From Eledone cirrhosa (taxonomy: Eukaryota), in NCBI GenBank assembly GCA_964016885.1, contig OZ024743.1, forward strand, positions 261,888,001 to 261,952,000: a stretch of 64,000 nucleotides of DNA, read 5' to 3'. The notes under the pieces were generated by a model, which had not been told where the DNA came from, did not search any database, and was given only the letters and a program-made list of their open reading frames with translations. Below, piece after piece: positions 62,901 through 64,000 of this stretch; the first letter of the stretch is position 1, and the number at the start of each line of letters is the position of its first letter. The translations under genes and the position numbers were made by a program.

Positions 62901-64000
62901 AACCCGCCGAGGTTAACTTTGCCTTTCATCCTTATGGGGTCGATAAAATAAAGTACCAGTAATACACTGGGTAATTTCTGGCCTTGTGCCAAAGTAGAAA
63001 CAATTATTATAATAAAACTCCGGATAAACATAAACTTATGAAAGAGTCGGCAGATTTTCAATCAACCAACTTTCCTTAGTTGAATAAATATATGGATGTA
63101 TATATATATACGTATATTTTCTTTAATATTGCAACATTAAAGGAATCGCGAGCAATTTATAATGTTATTTAAGCATTGGTAATGTTATTTATGTATATAT
63201 TTAAAACATATTTGCTAAGTTATTCTACTGTAAATTTATTTATATGCTTTGTATATATTATATATACACAAATAATGAATCTGTATATTAAAACATCGTT
63301 TGTATTATTCAATCAGTTTATTGAACAACTAGAATGCTCATCGTCAAGTACTTTATACATATATATATATATGTGTGTGTGTGTATGTATGTATGAATCT
63401 ATATATATGTATGTATATCTATATATATGTGCGTGTGCATGTATATATGTGTGTGTATGTATATATATGTGTGTGTATGCATATATGTGTGTGTATGCAT
63501 ATGTGTGTGTGCATGTATATATATATATATATGTGTGTATGCATATATGTGTGTATGTATATATATGTGTGTATGTATATATATATGTATATATATATAT
63601 GAAGATAAATTAACGGAGCCATAGAGTCGCGTTATTCCCTGTAAATTATATGCTCAAAGGGAAAGGAATCCTATACATATTGTATATGTATATATATATG
63701 CATGTATATATATGTATATGTGTATATATATGCATGTATATGTGTATTTGTATATATGTATATGTGTGTATGTATGTATATATATGAATGTATATATATA
63801 CATATATAAAGAAAAAGAGATGAAATCGAAAATGCAACTGAAGTCTTATTTTAAAAAAAAATATATATATTTGAAAAACCACAGACCCTCCATCTCAACT
63901 CACCTTTTGAAAAGCAGAAGAACTGCGAAACCGGTAAAGGAACCAAATAAATATATATATTTAAAAAAAAAATAAGACTTCAGTTGCATTTTCGATTTCA

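Overview
AT-rich, repeat-dense animal genomic DNA. The (AT)n microsatellites, RTE LINEs and tRNA-derived SINEs resemble an octopus/coleoid genome; this is inference, not proof. Two convergent spliced genes are readable from phase-consistent GT-AG exons. The first is the 3' ten coding exons of an ARHGEF17/TEM4 orthologue (+, 4291-21429). The second is a small gene for the non-polymerase POLR1D isoform-2-like protein (-, 38221-54951, with a possible alternative first coding exon at 60107-60180). Most other sequence is mobile DNA: two decayed copies of a short-LTR gag-PR-RT-RH-IN retrotransposon, non-autonomous LTR elements, RTE and CR1 LINEs, a DD37D/maT transposon, SINEs, MITEs and minisatellites. 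The most striking observations are: (1) in both LTR retrotransposon copies the primer-binding site is the exact complement of the 5' 12 nt of tRNA-Phe, not of a tRNA 3' CCA end; (2) two LTR-type insertions are flanked by 200-280 bp direct duplications; (3) a type-I hammerhead ribozyme fold sits beside a long palindrome in an intron. All coordinates were read by eye and no database search was run.
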